Below, one piece after another: positions 26,724 through 34,579 of a stretch of DNA of 43,992 bases (its first letter is position 1; each line of letters begins with the position of its first letter). The notes below the pieces were generated by a model. It searched no databases and was not told the DNA's origin. It saw only the letters and a list, made by a program, of their open reading frames with translations. This stretch comes from a virus, in IMG/VR virus record IMGVR_UViG_3300013458_000001, positions 1 to 43,992 of that record. One strand, given 5' to 3'. A program made the position numbers and the translations under genes.

Positions 26724-28520
26724 TGGGATTTACCTAACTATATTTTTAAAAGATATTGGGGTTTTTTTACAACAGGAAATGCGATTGCTATGGCATGGTA
26801 CAGATACCCTAAAGGCTTCAAATTCTATAGGAACACTAGAAACTTTGTTCCGAAACCTGGAGATATGGCTGTATGGGGAAAGGGTTCCTTTAATAACGGT
26901 GTTGGGCATACTGCTGTTGTCATAGGTCCATCTACCAAAAGTTACTTTACTAGTGTGGATCAAAATTGGATTGGTGCAAATAGTTATACAGGCTCACCTG
27001 GTGCTAAAATTAAACATAGTTATAACGGTATAAGTGGGTTCGTCAGACCACCTTATCATCCGGAAACTAAGAAACCGTCTAAACCAAGTAGTACACCGTC
27101 CAAACCTTCTAATGACAACACTCCTAAAAACACAAAAGAACAAACGAAACCTATAACTAAAGAAATTACCAAAGTTTCCTATACATCATTCGCATACGAT
27201 TTAGACGATGATTTAGAATACATTTATCATTATATGGTTGAAGGTCAAAAGTTGATAGGGAAAGTAAAAGGTATATATATCAAAGAGAGTACACATATGC
27301 GTTCTGTTGAAGAATTATATTTACAACGTAATAAATATGTAAATGAAGATGAATATCCTCATGTATATATAGACCGAGAGCGTGTATGGACGCCTAGACC
27401 TGATTCAGAAGAAGCACCAGAACATCCAGGTTGGCTTGTTATGGAAGTTTGTGGAGGACAAACAGAAAGCAAACGGCAATTCATGCTCAATCAAATCAGA
27501 GCGTTAATCTACGGCGTTTGGTTGCTAAGTTGGAGTAAGGTAAAACTATCTGAATCATCAATCAAAGCAGACCCTAATATATGGCGTTCTATGAAAGATT
27601 TAATTAATTACGACTTAATCAAAAACGGTATTCCTGATGAAAGTAAATATAAAGAAGTTGAAAAGAAAATAATAGGTTTATATTTAAAAAGAGATAAATT
27701 ACTCACAGAAACGATTACCACAACAACTACAAAGACAACCATAAAGATTAAACCTAAAACTTCGGTCGATAACCCTGAACAGAACGACAAACCGACAGAC
27801 AAAAAAAGCAAAACAACAAACAGAACTTCGAATAAACCTCGTGTAGTTGTAGAGAAAAGTAAATATACTTTCCAACAAGCACTGAACGCTCAAATGGCAT
27901 ACGGTAAACCTCAAAAATCTTATAGTTGGGGTTGGGGAAATGCATCTAGGTCTCAAACGAGTAAGTATATGAACCCTAACACTATATGGAATAGTTCAGT
28001 ACAAAGGTATCAAATGTTAGATCTTGGTAAGTATCAAGGTATATCAGTAAGTAAGTTGAATAAGATACTTAAAGGTAAAGGTACTCTATCCGGACAAGGT
28101 AAAGCTTTCGCAGACGGTTGTAAGAAATACAACGTAAATGAAATATACTTAATTGCTCACGCTTTCTTAGAAAGTGGATATGGCCGTAGTAACTACGCAA
28201 GTGGACGTTATGGTATATACAATTACTTTGGTATTGCAGCATACGACAATGATCCTAACGCTTCTATAGGATACGCTAGACGTCAAGGCTGGACGAGTCC
28301 ACGTAACGGTATTATAGGTGGCGCTAAGTTCGTTAGAAAACAATTCTTTAATCAAGGAAAGAATACTTTATATCGAATGCGTTGGAACCCTAAAAATCCA
28401 GGTCGTATGCAGTACGCTACTGCTATTGAGTGGTGTAATTTCCAAGCAACAACAATAAACAGTTTATACAAAAAAGTAGGATTAAAAGGTTTGTACTACA
28501 TTCGCGATAAATATAGATAA
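26724..28520 (+). CDS. Virion-associated peptidoglycan hydrolase, exon 2 (rest of CHAP, linker, GH73/LYZ2 glucosaminidase)
   Basis: WDLPNY...GDMAVW...GHTAVV continues the CHAP domain. C-terminal GQGKAFADGCKKYNVNEIYLIAHAFLESGYG is glucosaminidase-like. No credible independent start (the track uses TTG at 26721). Confidence 0.85.
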   Translation, partial: WDLPNYIFKRYWGFFTTGNAIAMAWYRYPKGFKFYRNTRNFVPKPGDMAVWGKGSFNNGVGHTAVVIGPSTKSYFTSVDQNWIGANSYTGSPGAKIKHSYNGISGFVRPPYHPETKKPSKPSSTPSKPSNDNTPKNTKEQTKPITKEITKVSYTSFAYDLDDDLEYIYHYMVEGQKLIGKVKGIYIKESTHMRSVEELYLQRNKYVNEDEYPHVYIDRERVWTPRPDSEEAPEHPGWLVMEVCGGQTESKRQFMLNQIRALIYGVWLLSWSKVKLSESSIKADPNIWRSMKDLINYDLIKNGIPDESKYKEVEKKIIGLYLKRDKLLTETITTTTTKTTIKIKPKTSVDNPEQNDKPTDKKSKTTNRTSNKPRVVVEKSKYTFQQALNAQMAYGKPQKSYSWGWGNASRSQTSKYMNPNTIWNSSVQRYQMLDLGKYQGISVSKLNKILKGKGTLSGQGKAFADGCKKYNVNEIYLIAHAFLESGYGRSNYASGRYGIYNYFGIAAYDNDPNASIGYARRQGWTSPRNGIIGGAKFVRKQFFNQGKNTLYRMRWNPKNPGRMQYATAIEWCNFQATTINSLYKKVGLKGLYYIRDKYR

Positions 28521-28560
28521 AAGGCTACTCACTGACGGTGGGTAGCCTTTAATAATTTTA
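28521..28560 (+). terminator. Probable terminator after the hydrolase gene
   Basis: aaggctactcac-tgacg-gtgggtagcctt (12 bp including a G-U) followed by a T-rich tail. Confidence 0.6.
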
Positions 28561-28573
28561 AAGAGGTGTGTAT

Positions 28574-29749
28574 ATGATAATCAAAATGACAGATGTAGAA
28601 ACGCATATTAACCCTAGAAATGTTGATATAGGGGATATTGGTAGTCGTTTCTATACAGAAGATGAGAATACTGCATTTATCAGAATTAGAATTAATTATA
28701 ATGACAGTCCGGTTGATTTAACTAAAACAGATATGAAACCTAAACTCGATTTATTTATGGAAGATGGTTCTGTATTCATCGATGAAACAATCGCCGTATT
28801 AATTCCTGAAAGTGGTTTGATCCAATACGATATACCATCTAACGTGATTAAACACATTGGAAAAGTAAACTGTAAGTTATTCATGGATAGTCCCGAACAT
28901 TCCATTCACGTCGCTAACTTCTCGTTTGGTATTGTTGATAGTGGTGTAGAAAAGGTTGTATCTAAAGAAATCAGTCTAAATTTAGTTAAAGATACAGTTA
29001 AACAAATCATGTCTGAAGATTTAACAGAATTACTAGATACCGAATTCAAAGATAAATTAACTGGAGATTTACAATACTACCTTTCTTCACACAACGAAGA
29101 ATTCAAAGGTCCCAAAGGCGACGAAGGGCCTCAAGGCGAACAAGGGCCGCAAGGGTTACAAGGAGAAGTAGGACCACAAGGAGCGCAAGGTATACCGGGC
29201 GAAAAAGGAGATGTTGGACCTCAAGGTTTGCAAGGACCTAAAGGAGATACTGGAGAAAAAGGAAAACCTTTTGAATATAAAGATTTTACAACAGAGCAAT
29301 TAAATAATTTAAAAGGTCCAAAAGGTGACCCATTTAAATATACTGACTTTACACAATCACAATTAGACGCATTGAAAGGACCTAAAGGTGATGTAAATAT
29401 CTCTGATACAGGGTGGATACCACTTACACTTTTAAATAATATACAGAATTCAACACAACCTAATTTCAGTTTTGGTCAAGTAACTAGTTATAGAATTGTA
29501 ACCATAGGTACAATAAAAAGTGTAACCGTAAGGGGAGCAATTACAAATGTTAGTGGGGTTAATGGTACTTTAAGTAAACTACCAATGGAGATAATAGGTA
29601 ATAATATACCTGTTTTCTCAGTAAGAGTTTCTACTTTAAGTAAGAATGTATTAATATTTCCAACAAACGATGGGAGTTTGAAATATTATGCAAGTACATC
29701 AATGTCTACTGATGATATAGTTCAATTTTCAGATACTTGGTATATTTAA
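28574..29749 (+). CDS. Collagen-like tail fibre with a BppU_N-like N-terminus
   Basis: The N-terminus [19 protein letters not shown] is paralogous to the protein at 23872. It has 18 G-X-Y triplets and FxYxDFTxxQLxxLKGPKGD repeats. ATG at 28574 follows the SD aagagg. Confidence 0.8.
   Translation: MIIKMTDVETHINPRNVDIGDIGSRFYTEDENTAFIRIRINYNDSPVDLTKTDMKPKLDLFMEDGSVFIDETIAVLIPESGLIQYDIPSNVIKHIGKVNCKLFMDSPEHSIHVANFSFGIVDSGVEKVVSKEISLNLVKDTVKQIMSEDLTELLDTEFKDKLTGDLQYYLSSHNEEFKGPKGDEGPQGEQGPQGLQGEVGPQGAQGIPGEKGDVGPQGLQGPKGDTGEKGKPFEYKDFTTEQLNNLKGPKGDPFKYTDFTQSQLDALKGPKGDVNISDTGWIPLTLLNNIQNSTQPNFSFGQVTSYRIVTIGTIKSVTVRGAITNVSGVNGTLSKLPMEIIGNNIPVFSVRVSTLSKNVLIFPTNDGSLKYYASTSMSTDDIVQFSDTWYI
29108..29269 (+). 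repeat. Collagen-like G-X-Y coding repeat (18 triplets)
   Basis: [54 protein letters not shown]. Confidence 0.9.
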
Positions 29750-29760
29750 GGAGGAAAATA

Positions 29761-30096
29761 ATGTATAAACAAATATTTAATAAATCAGATGGAGCACCGA
29801 AGTTAATCAAAACAGGCATATTCGATACAGAACAATACACAGAGATTCAACCACCTAATGGTTTGTATGAACCTATCTATTTTAACGGTATTGAATGGAT
29901 TGGAACACCTTATGAAGAATGGAAAAGACAACAAGTAGAAGTCGAAACACCTAAGCAAGACACAGAAATTCATAAAGATCAAATTATAGCAGAATTATCT
30001 CTTGAATTAATCAGAACACAAGAAGAATTAAACGATGTAAGAAAAGATATATCTGATTTAACTATGCAATTGTTAGGAGGAAATGCTAATGCATGA
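29761..30096 (+). CDS. Fibre-cassette protein, copy 2 (DUF2977/XkdW-like, 111 aa)
   Basis: ATG follows the SD aaggagga. Paralogue of 25409-25747. Confidence 0.65.
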   Translation: MYKQIFNKSDGAPKLIKTGIFDTEQYTEIQPPNGLYEPIYFNGIEWIGTPYEEWKRQQVEVETPKQDTEIHKDQIIAELSLELIRTQEELNDVRKDISDLTMQLLGGNANA

Positions 30097-30235
30097 TATC
30101 GGAGTTAAATATTACAAAATGGGTTATTATACAAATGAACAATTTGCGCTATTTGTTAAAAGAGGATTTGTAACTCCCGAAGAATATTTAGAATTAACGG
30201 GTGTTGAATATAATCCAGAAAAAGTGAATGTATAG
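30089..30235 (+). CDS. XkdX-like small protein, copy 2 (48 aa)
   Basis: Hand translation gives MHDIGVKYYKMGYYTNEQFALFVKRGFVTPEEYLELTGVEYNPEKVNV. Shares F.KFV..G.ITPE.....TG..Y.P with copy 1. Confidence 0.65.
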   Translation: MHDIGVKYYKMGYYTNEQFALFVKRGFVTPEEYLELTGVEYNPEKVNV

Positions 30236-30246
30236 AATAATTTGAT

Positions 30247-30276
30247 AGCCGACGCTTTGCGTTGGCTTTTTAATTT
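30247..30276 (+). terminator. Intrinsic terminator before the holin gene
   Basis: agccgacgc-ttt-gcgttggct followed by ttttaattt. Confidence 0.7.
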
Positions 30277-30296
30277 AACTAAAAGGAGATATATGT

Positions 30297-30566
30297 ATGA
30301 GAACAGATGTAGGTTCAATTGTAAGAACAATCGTATTTATTTTAGCTTGGGTTAACCAATTTTTAGCTACTAAAAACATTTCGCCTATTCCAGTAGATGA
30401 AGTGACTATCAGCTCTATTATCACTGGTGCAGTGTCTTTATGGACTTGGTGGAAAAATAATAATTTCTCTCACGCAGCACAAAAAGGACAACAAAAATTG
30501 CATGAAGTTAAAGCAGGTACAGAAAACACAAATGGTAAAGCACCAATTGGAGGTAATGATTTATGA
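30297..30566 (+). CDS. Holin (89 aa)
   Basis: Two TM segments (IVRTIVFILAWVNQFL and SSIITGAVSLWTWW), a charged C-terminus, and an ATGA overlap with the endolysin gene. Confidence 0.8.
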   Translation: MRTDVGSIVRTIVFILAWVNQFLATKNISPIPVDEVTISSIITGAVSLWTWWKNNNFSHAAQKGQQKLHEVKAGTENTNGKAPIGGNDL

Positions 30567-31945
30567 CAAATAAAACTAGAAGTCAAGCGCATGCTTATTT
30601 AGACAGGTTAAAAGGTTATTGGTGGGATTTCGACGGTGTTTATGGCGCACAATGTTTTGATTTAGCCAATCAATATTGGTACTACGTAACAGGTCATACT
30701 TTAAGTGGTATGTACGCTAAAGATATACCTTTTGTTAATGATTTTAACGGATACGCGAATGTTGTAAAAAATTATAACTCTTATATTCCTAAAAAAGGTA
30801 CTTTAGTTGTTTTTCCTTACGAATATGGTAACGGATGTGGTCATGTTGCTATTATAGAAAGTGCTACTCAAAATTATTTCTATAGTTTGGATCAAAATTG
30901 GTATGGCGGGGCAAGAAATAATCCGCCAGAGGTTGCTCAAACAATATACCACGAATATCACCCTGATATGTATTTTGTAGAACCTCTGTATTCTAAAGAA
31001 ACAAAAGTAAGTAAAATTAAAGCAAAAACAACTAAACCTAAACCTGTAAAAAAAGTTAAAAAAAGAAAAGTGATGATCGTTGCTGGTCATGGGTATAATG
31101 ATCCTGGTGCTATTGGTAATGGTTATAACGAACGTGATTTTATAAGAAAAAACATTGTTGATAATGTATCAAAATATTTGAAAGACGCAGGCCATACTGT
31201 TGGTATATATGGAAAAAAACAAGATATGTATCAAGATACAGCTTACGGAGTGAGAGTAGGTAATCACAGAGATTATGGCTTATATTGGGTAAAATCTCAA
31301 GGGTACGATACCGTTATTGAATTTCATTTAGATAGTGCAGGTCCTAAGGCTACAGGTGGACATACTATAATACCTGCTGGTTATCCTGCTAATATAACGG
31401 ATAAAAACATCCAAGAAGCATTAAAGCAAAGCGTCGGTGCTATAAGAGGAATAACTCAACGTAACGACTTATTAAACTGTAACGTTGCTAATGATATTGG
31501 TATAGATTATAGACTTGTTGAATTGGGGTTCATTACTTCATATAAAGATATGAAGTATATTAATGAAAATATAAAACCTTTCACAAAGTCGATAGCAAGC
31601 GCTATTAATGGCAAGCCAATTGGAGGAACAAGTGCAGGTAAAGTTAAAAGTGTAAAAAAAACATGGGATTGGAAAGGTAGATTTTATCCGAACACAACAA
31701 TTAAAGTAAGAAAAAAACCAAACGGCGAAATTGTAGAAAAAGGTTCTTGGTTGTACGGAAAAAACGATTGGGTAGATATTGTTCAATTATACAAAGACAC
31801 TAAGAAAAAATTATGGTGGGGTAAATTTAAATACCCAACTAACCCTAGTTCCGGTTATTTTTATTGCGCTTTGGGTGAAATCACTGACAAACAAGAGCGT
31901 ATAAAAAAAGAGAAGAAATTATACGGAAAGATAAAGTGGAAGTAA
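30563..31945 (+). CDS. Endolysin: CHAP + N-acetylmuramoyl-L-alanine amidase (Amidase_3-like) + SH3b-like
   Basis: DGVYGAQCFDL (CHAP Cys), GHVAII, VMIVAGHGYNDPGAIGNGYNERDF (amidase_3-like), and a C-terminal SH3b-like WDWKGRFYP...WW segment. Confidence 0.9.
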   Translation: MTNKTRSQAHAYLDRLKGYWWDFDGVYGAQCFDLANQYWYYVTGHTLSGMYAKDIPFVNDFNGYANVVKNYNSYIPKKGTLVVFPYEYGNGCGHVAIIESATQNYFYSLDQNWYGGARNNPPEVAQTIYHEYHPDMYFVEPLYSKETKVSKIKAKTTKPKPVKKVKKRKVMIVAGHGYNDPGAIGNGYNERDFIRKNIVDNVSKYLKDAGHTVGIYGKKQDMYQDTAYGVRVGNHRDYGLYWVKSQGYDTVIEFHLDSAGPKATGGHTIIPAGYPANITDKNIQEALKQSVGAIRGITQRNDLLNCNVANDIGIDYRLVELGFITSYKDMKYINENIKPFTKSIASAINGKPIGGTSAGKVKSVKKTWDWKGRFYPNTTIKVRKKPNGEIVEKGSWLYGKNDWVDIVQLYKDTKKKLWWGKFKYPTNPSSGYFYCALGEITDKQERIKKEKKLYGKIKWK

Positions 31946-31952
31946 CTATATT

Positions 31953-31975
31953 AAGCGGGGAAACCCGCTTTTTTA
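31953..31975 (+). terminator. Intrinsic terminator after the endolysin gene
   Basis: aagcggg-gaaa-cccgctt followed by ttttac. Confidence 0.85.
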
Positions 31976-31984
31976 CATAAAAAA

Positions 31985-31993
31985 TGGTATAAT
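31985..31993 (+). promoter_or_regulatory. Extended -10 promoter element (TGgTATAAT) for the moron
   Basis: tggtataat lies 29 nt upstream of ATG 32022. No clear -35 element. Confidence 0.6.
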
Positions 31994-32021
31994 TAGGTGT
32001 ATTAATTAGCGGGGTGGAATT

Positions 32022-32948
32022 ATGCCAATAAAAGAAACGATTTACGAAAACGATTATCTCAGAAGATTTGTTAAAGATAAAGAACAGGCTAAAAAACTAG
32101 GTAGTTCTAGCACTCAAAAAATATTGTGGGTATGTCCTAATTGTAAAACACAACTAGTAAAAAGCCCTGGAGAAATCAAAAGAAGAGGTTTTAAATGTAA
32201 AGTGTGTGCTGATAACAGATCTTATTCAGAAAGGTTAATGGAACAATTATTAAAGGATAACAACATTTTTTATATTTCACAAATGAGATTTGACAATTGC
32301 GTTTATAAAGATGTGTTGCCTTTTGATTTCTATTTACCAAAAGAAAATATATGTATAGAAATGCATGGTGAACAGCATTATGATGTTAGAAAAAACTCTA
32401 AGTGGTATGACGATAGAATGTTGTTTTCAGACAAAATTAAAGAAGAATATTGCTTAAAGAATGAAATAGACTATGTAGCTATAAACTGCAGTAAATCTGA
32501 TATGGATTATATTTTAGAAGAAATAAAAAACTCAAAATTAAGCGATATATTAAATGTTTACGACAAAAACAGTTTGAAAAACGCCGTAATGACGCGTATA
32601 TTAAATGTTGATGTTAAGTACTTAATTGATCAACACAAAAAAGGAATATCTTTTTTGGAAATTAGCAGGGAAACAGGATTATATAGAAAGAAAATAGTGT
32701 CTATTCTTAAAAAATTAGGTGAATATAATCCGAGGGGTGGAGCTAAAAACAATACTAGAAAAGTTGTTAGATTAAACGATAATAAAATCTTTGGAAGTAT
32801 TAAAGAGGCTATAGATGAAGTTGATTTAAAACAAGAAAATAACATTGTCATGGTTTGCAGAGGGAAAAGGAAATATGCAGGGCGTAACCCTAAAACAGGC
32901 GAAAAATATCGGTGGGCATATTATAGTGATTACATCGAAAAATCTTAG
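32022..32948 (+). CDS. Zinc-ribbon + Vsr/PD-(D/E)XK-like nuclease core + HTH/NUMOD-like DNA-binding protein (308 aa), an autonomous moron
   Basis: CPNC-x17-CKVC. LPFDFYLP...ICIEMHGEQHY. GISFLEISRETGLYRKKIVSILKKLG. RKVVRLNDNKIFGSIKEAIDEV...GEKYRWAYY. It has its own promoter and terminator. Confidence 0.65.
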   Translation: MPIKETIYENDYLRRFVKDKEQAKKLGSSSTQKILWVCPNCKTQLVKSPGEIKRRGFKCKVCADNRSYSERLMEQLLKDNNIFYISQMRFDNCVYKDVLPFDFYLPKENICIEMHGEQHYDVRKNSKWYDDRMLFSDKIKEEYCLKNEIDYVAINCSKSDMDYILEEIKNSKLSDILNVYDKNSLKNAVMTRILNVDVKYLIDQHKKGISFLEISRETGLYRKKIVSILKKLGEYNPRGGAKNNTRKVVRLNDNKIFGSIKEAIDEVDLKQENNIVMVCRGKRKYAGRNPKTGEKYRWAYYSDYIEKS

Positions 32949-32981
32949 TGTGATATAATTAAATTACCACGTCATTATACA

Positions 32982-33011
32982 AGGGTAGTCGCTATGGCTA
33001 CCCTCTTTTTT
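32982..33011 (+). terminator. Intrinsic terminator after the moron
   Basis: agggtagtc-gctat-ggctaccct followed by cttttttatt. Confidence 0.85.
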
Positions 33012-33059
33012 ATTGTATAATAATCTTTGTTCCTAATTTCAAACTAATACTATATTCTA

Positions 33060-33090
33060 AACCACGTTCTTTATGAGCGTGGTTATTTTT
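33060..33090 (+). terminator. Second, orphan + strand terminator
   Basis: aaccacg-ttctttatgag-cgtggtt followed by attttt. No annotated gene lies upstream of it. Confidence 0.6.
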
Positions 33091-33136
33091 ACGGAAGTAT
33101 ACACATTAAATATTAATCAGGTGTCTATACTTCCGT
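33091..33136. promoter_or_regulatory. 46-bp imperfect palindrome abutting the int 3' end: candidate attP core (or int terminator hairpin)
   Basis: acggaagtata (33091-33101) and tatacttccgt (33126-33136) are perfect 11-bp inverted arms. The arms extend to 15 of 16 matches around an AT-rich centre. Confidence 0.45.
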
Positions 33137-33143
33137 ACATATG

Positions 33144-34523
33144 TTAATAAAATTCTATATCGTTTATTTTAATAGAATGCCTGTTTTTAAGTTTTACATA
33201 ATCTATGTCGATAGACTTAATAGCCATCTTAATGAAATCTGCTTTATCTTCCAATGAGAATATTTCCCATGATTCCAATAATGCATTTTTAAATTTTTTT
33301 ATCTTATCTATATCTAGTGATTTTCTAGGTACTAATTCTTTTTGTTTTTCATATTCTGCGATTGTTTCGTCTGTTTCTTTGATTAATCCAAATAATTCTT
33401 CTTCTTTCATTAACCCTTTAGCATATAATTTATGATACCTTTTACGTTGTTCCATAATTTTGTCTATATCAATAGTAACAACATCATCTTTTTGTTTTGT
33501 CTTTACTTCGTATTTTTCTAAGTCTAGTTTAGATAGATAATCACGAAACACTCTCAATGCTTCATTCTCTGAAAAACCGAAACTTTGTTTTTTAGCTTTA
33601 CATGTGTTGCAATAATACGTTTTATAGGTAACATAACCTTTCTTTCTCTTTCTTGTCACTGTATTCAGTGTTAATGTGCCACCACATCTCGGACAAATAA
33701 ATTTACCTCTGAACACTGATACGTGACTGACTATTTTTGTATTGATTCGTTCTTCTAGCCTTTCTTTTATTTGTTGATACATTTCTTCGGTAATAATAGG
33801 CTCGTGAGAGTTTTCTATAAATACATCTCCCCAAGTATAATGACCTCTTGTTATAGGACTCCTTAGTGCTCTTGTTATAGTTCTATCTTCCCACTTTTTA
33901 CCATTAGGAGGTGGTATATCTGAATCGTTTAATTTTCTAGCTATAGCTTTTGAACTATTACCTTTCATCACTTCGTCGTATGCCCATAAAACTACTTTTT
34001 TATAATCATTAGGAATGTAAGTGTTATCTACACGATCATAATAAAAGGGTGGTGGTGTGAGTATCATGCCTTGTTTAATCGCTGCGCGTTTACCCATCAT
34101 AACACGCTCTCTAATGGTTTCTCTTTCCCACTCTGCCATAGCACCAACTAATGTAACAAATAGTCTACCCATAGCTGTAGATGTATCATAAACTTCAGTA
34201 GCACTTCTGAATGCTACGTTATTCTGTTCGAATACCTCTAATAAATCAAGTAGATCACGTACATTACGTGTAAGCCTATCTAACTTATACACTAAAACTA
34301 AATCAAACCGTTTAATATCATTCATCATACGTTGTAATTCTGGTCGTTCACGTTTAGCACCAGAGAAACCAGCGTCAATAAATACGTCTGATACACTCCA
34401 GTCATTTATTTCACAAAATGATTTAAGCTTCCTTTCTTGTTCTTCAATAGAATAACCGTGCTCTTTTTGTTCTAATGTACTGACCTGACACGAACGTAAA
34501 TAGCTACGTTCATAATTCATCAC
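33144..34523 (-). CDS. int: Large serine recombinase (integrase). The N-terminal catalytic motif region is displaced by a 5-bp tandem duplication, so it may be non-functional.
   Basis: Resolvase-domain motifs (VSTLEQKEHGYSIEEQ, DRLTRN), recombinase and zinc-ribbon regions (CPRCGG...CNTC), and a C-terminal coiled coil. The well-spaced ATG at 34512 reads MNVAIYVRV and then shifts out of frame. Confidence 0.8.
   Translation of the reverse strand: MMNYERSYLRSCQVSTLEQKEHGYSIEEQERKLKSFCEINDWSVSDVFIDAGFSGAKRERPELQRMMNDIKRFDLVLVYKLDRLTRNVRDLLDLLEVFEQNNVAFRSATEVYDTSTAMGRLFVTLVGAMAEWERETIRERVMMGKRAAIKQGMILTPPPFYYDRVDNTYIPNDYKKVVLWAYDEVMKGNSSKAIARKLNDSDIPPPNGKKWEDRTITRALRSPITRGHYTWGDVFIENSHEPIITEEMYQQIKERLEERINTKIVSHVSVFRGKFICPRCGGTLTLNTVTRKRKKGYVTYKTYYCNTCKAKKQSFGFSENEALRVFRDYLSKLDLEKYEVKTKQKDDVVTIDIDKIMEQRKRYHKLYAKGLMKEEELFGLIKETDETIAEYEKQKELVPRKSLDIDKIKKFKNALLESWEIFSLEDKADFIKMAIKSIDIDYVKLKNRHSIKINDIEFY
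34480..34489 (-). repeat. Tandem 5-bp duplication GTCAG|GTCAG (coding strand) in int codons 9-12
   Basis: The + strand reads ctgac ctgac. Removing one unit restores ATG AAC GTA GCT ATT TAC GTT CGT GTC AGT ACA = MNVAIYVRVST. Confidence 0.8.
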
Positions 34524-34534
34524 CTCCCTAAAAA

Positions 34535-34567
34535 AGTAAAAAAATAATAAGGGTAGACATGCTACCC
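34535..34567 (-). terminator. Intrinsic terminator after the lipoprotein gene (- strand)
   Basis: The - strand reads gggtag-catgt-ctaccc followed by ttattattttttt. Confidence 0.75.
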
Positions 34568-34579
34568 ATATAAATTTAT

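Noticed and set aside
27608-27956. Three - strand ORFs opposite the hydrolase linker region.
   Set aside because: They are antisense to a Thr/Lys/Pro-rich low-complexity linker, inside a continuous two-domain gene.
29108-29400. Regularly spaced short repeats; considered as a possible CRISPR-like or tandem DNA repeat.
   Set aside because: The periodicity is 9 nt (G-X-Y collagen triplets) and about 60 nt (FxYxDFT..LKGPKGD protein repeats), in frame within the fibre gene. There is no spacer/repeat architecture.
34470-34523. Programmed ribosomal frameshift considered as an explanation for the two-frame integrase N-terminus.
   Set aside because: Going from the MNVAIYVRV frame to the main frame needs a -1 shift, but no X XXY YYZ slippery site exists there. 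A simple 5-bp tandem duplication explains the pattern.
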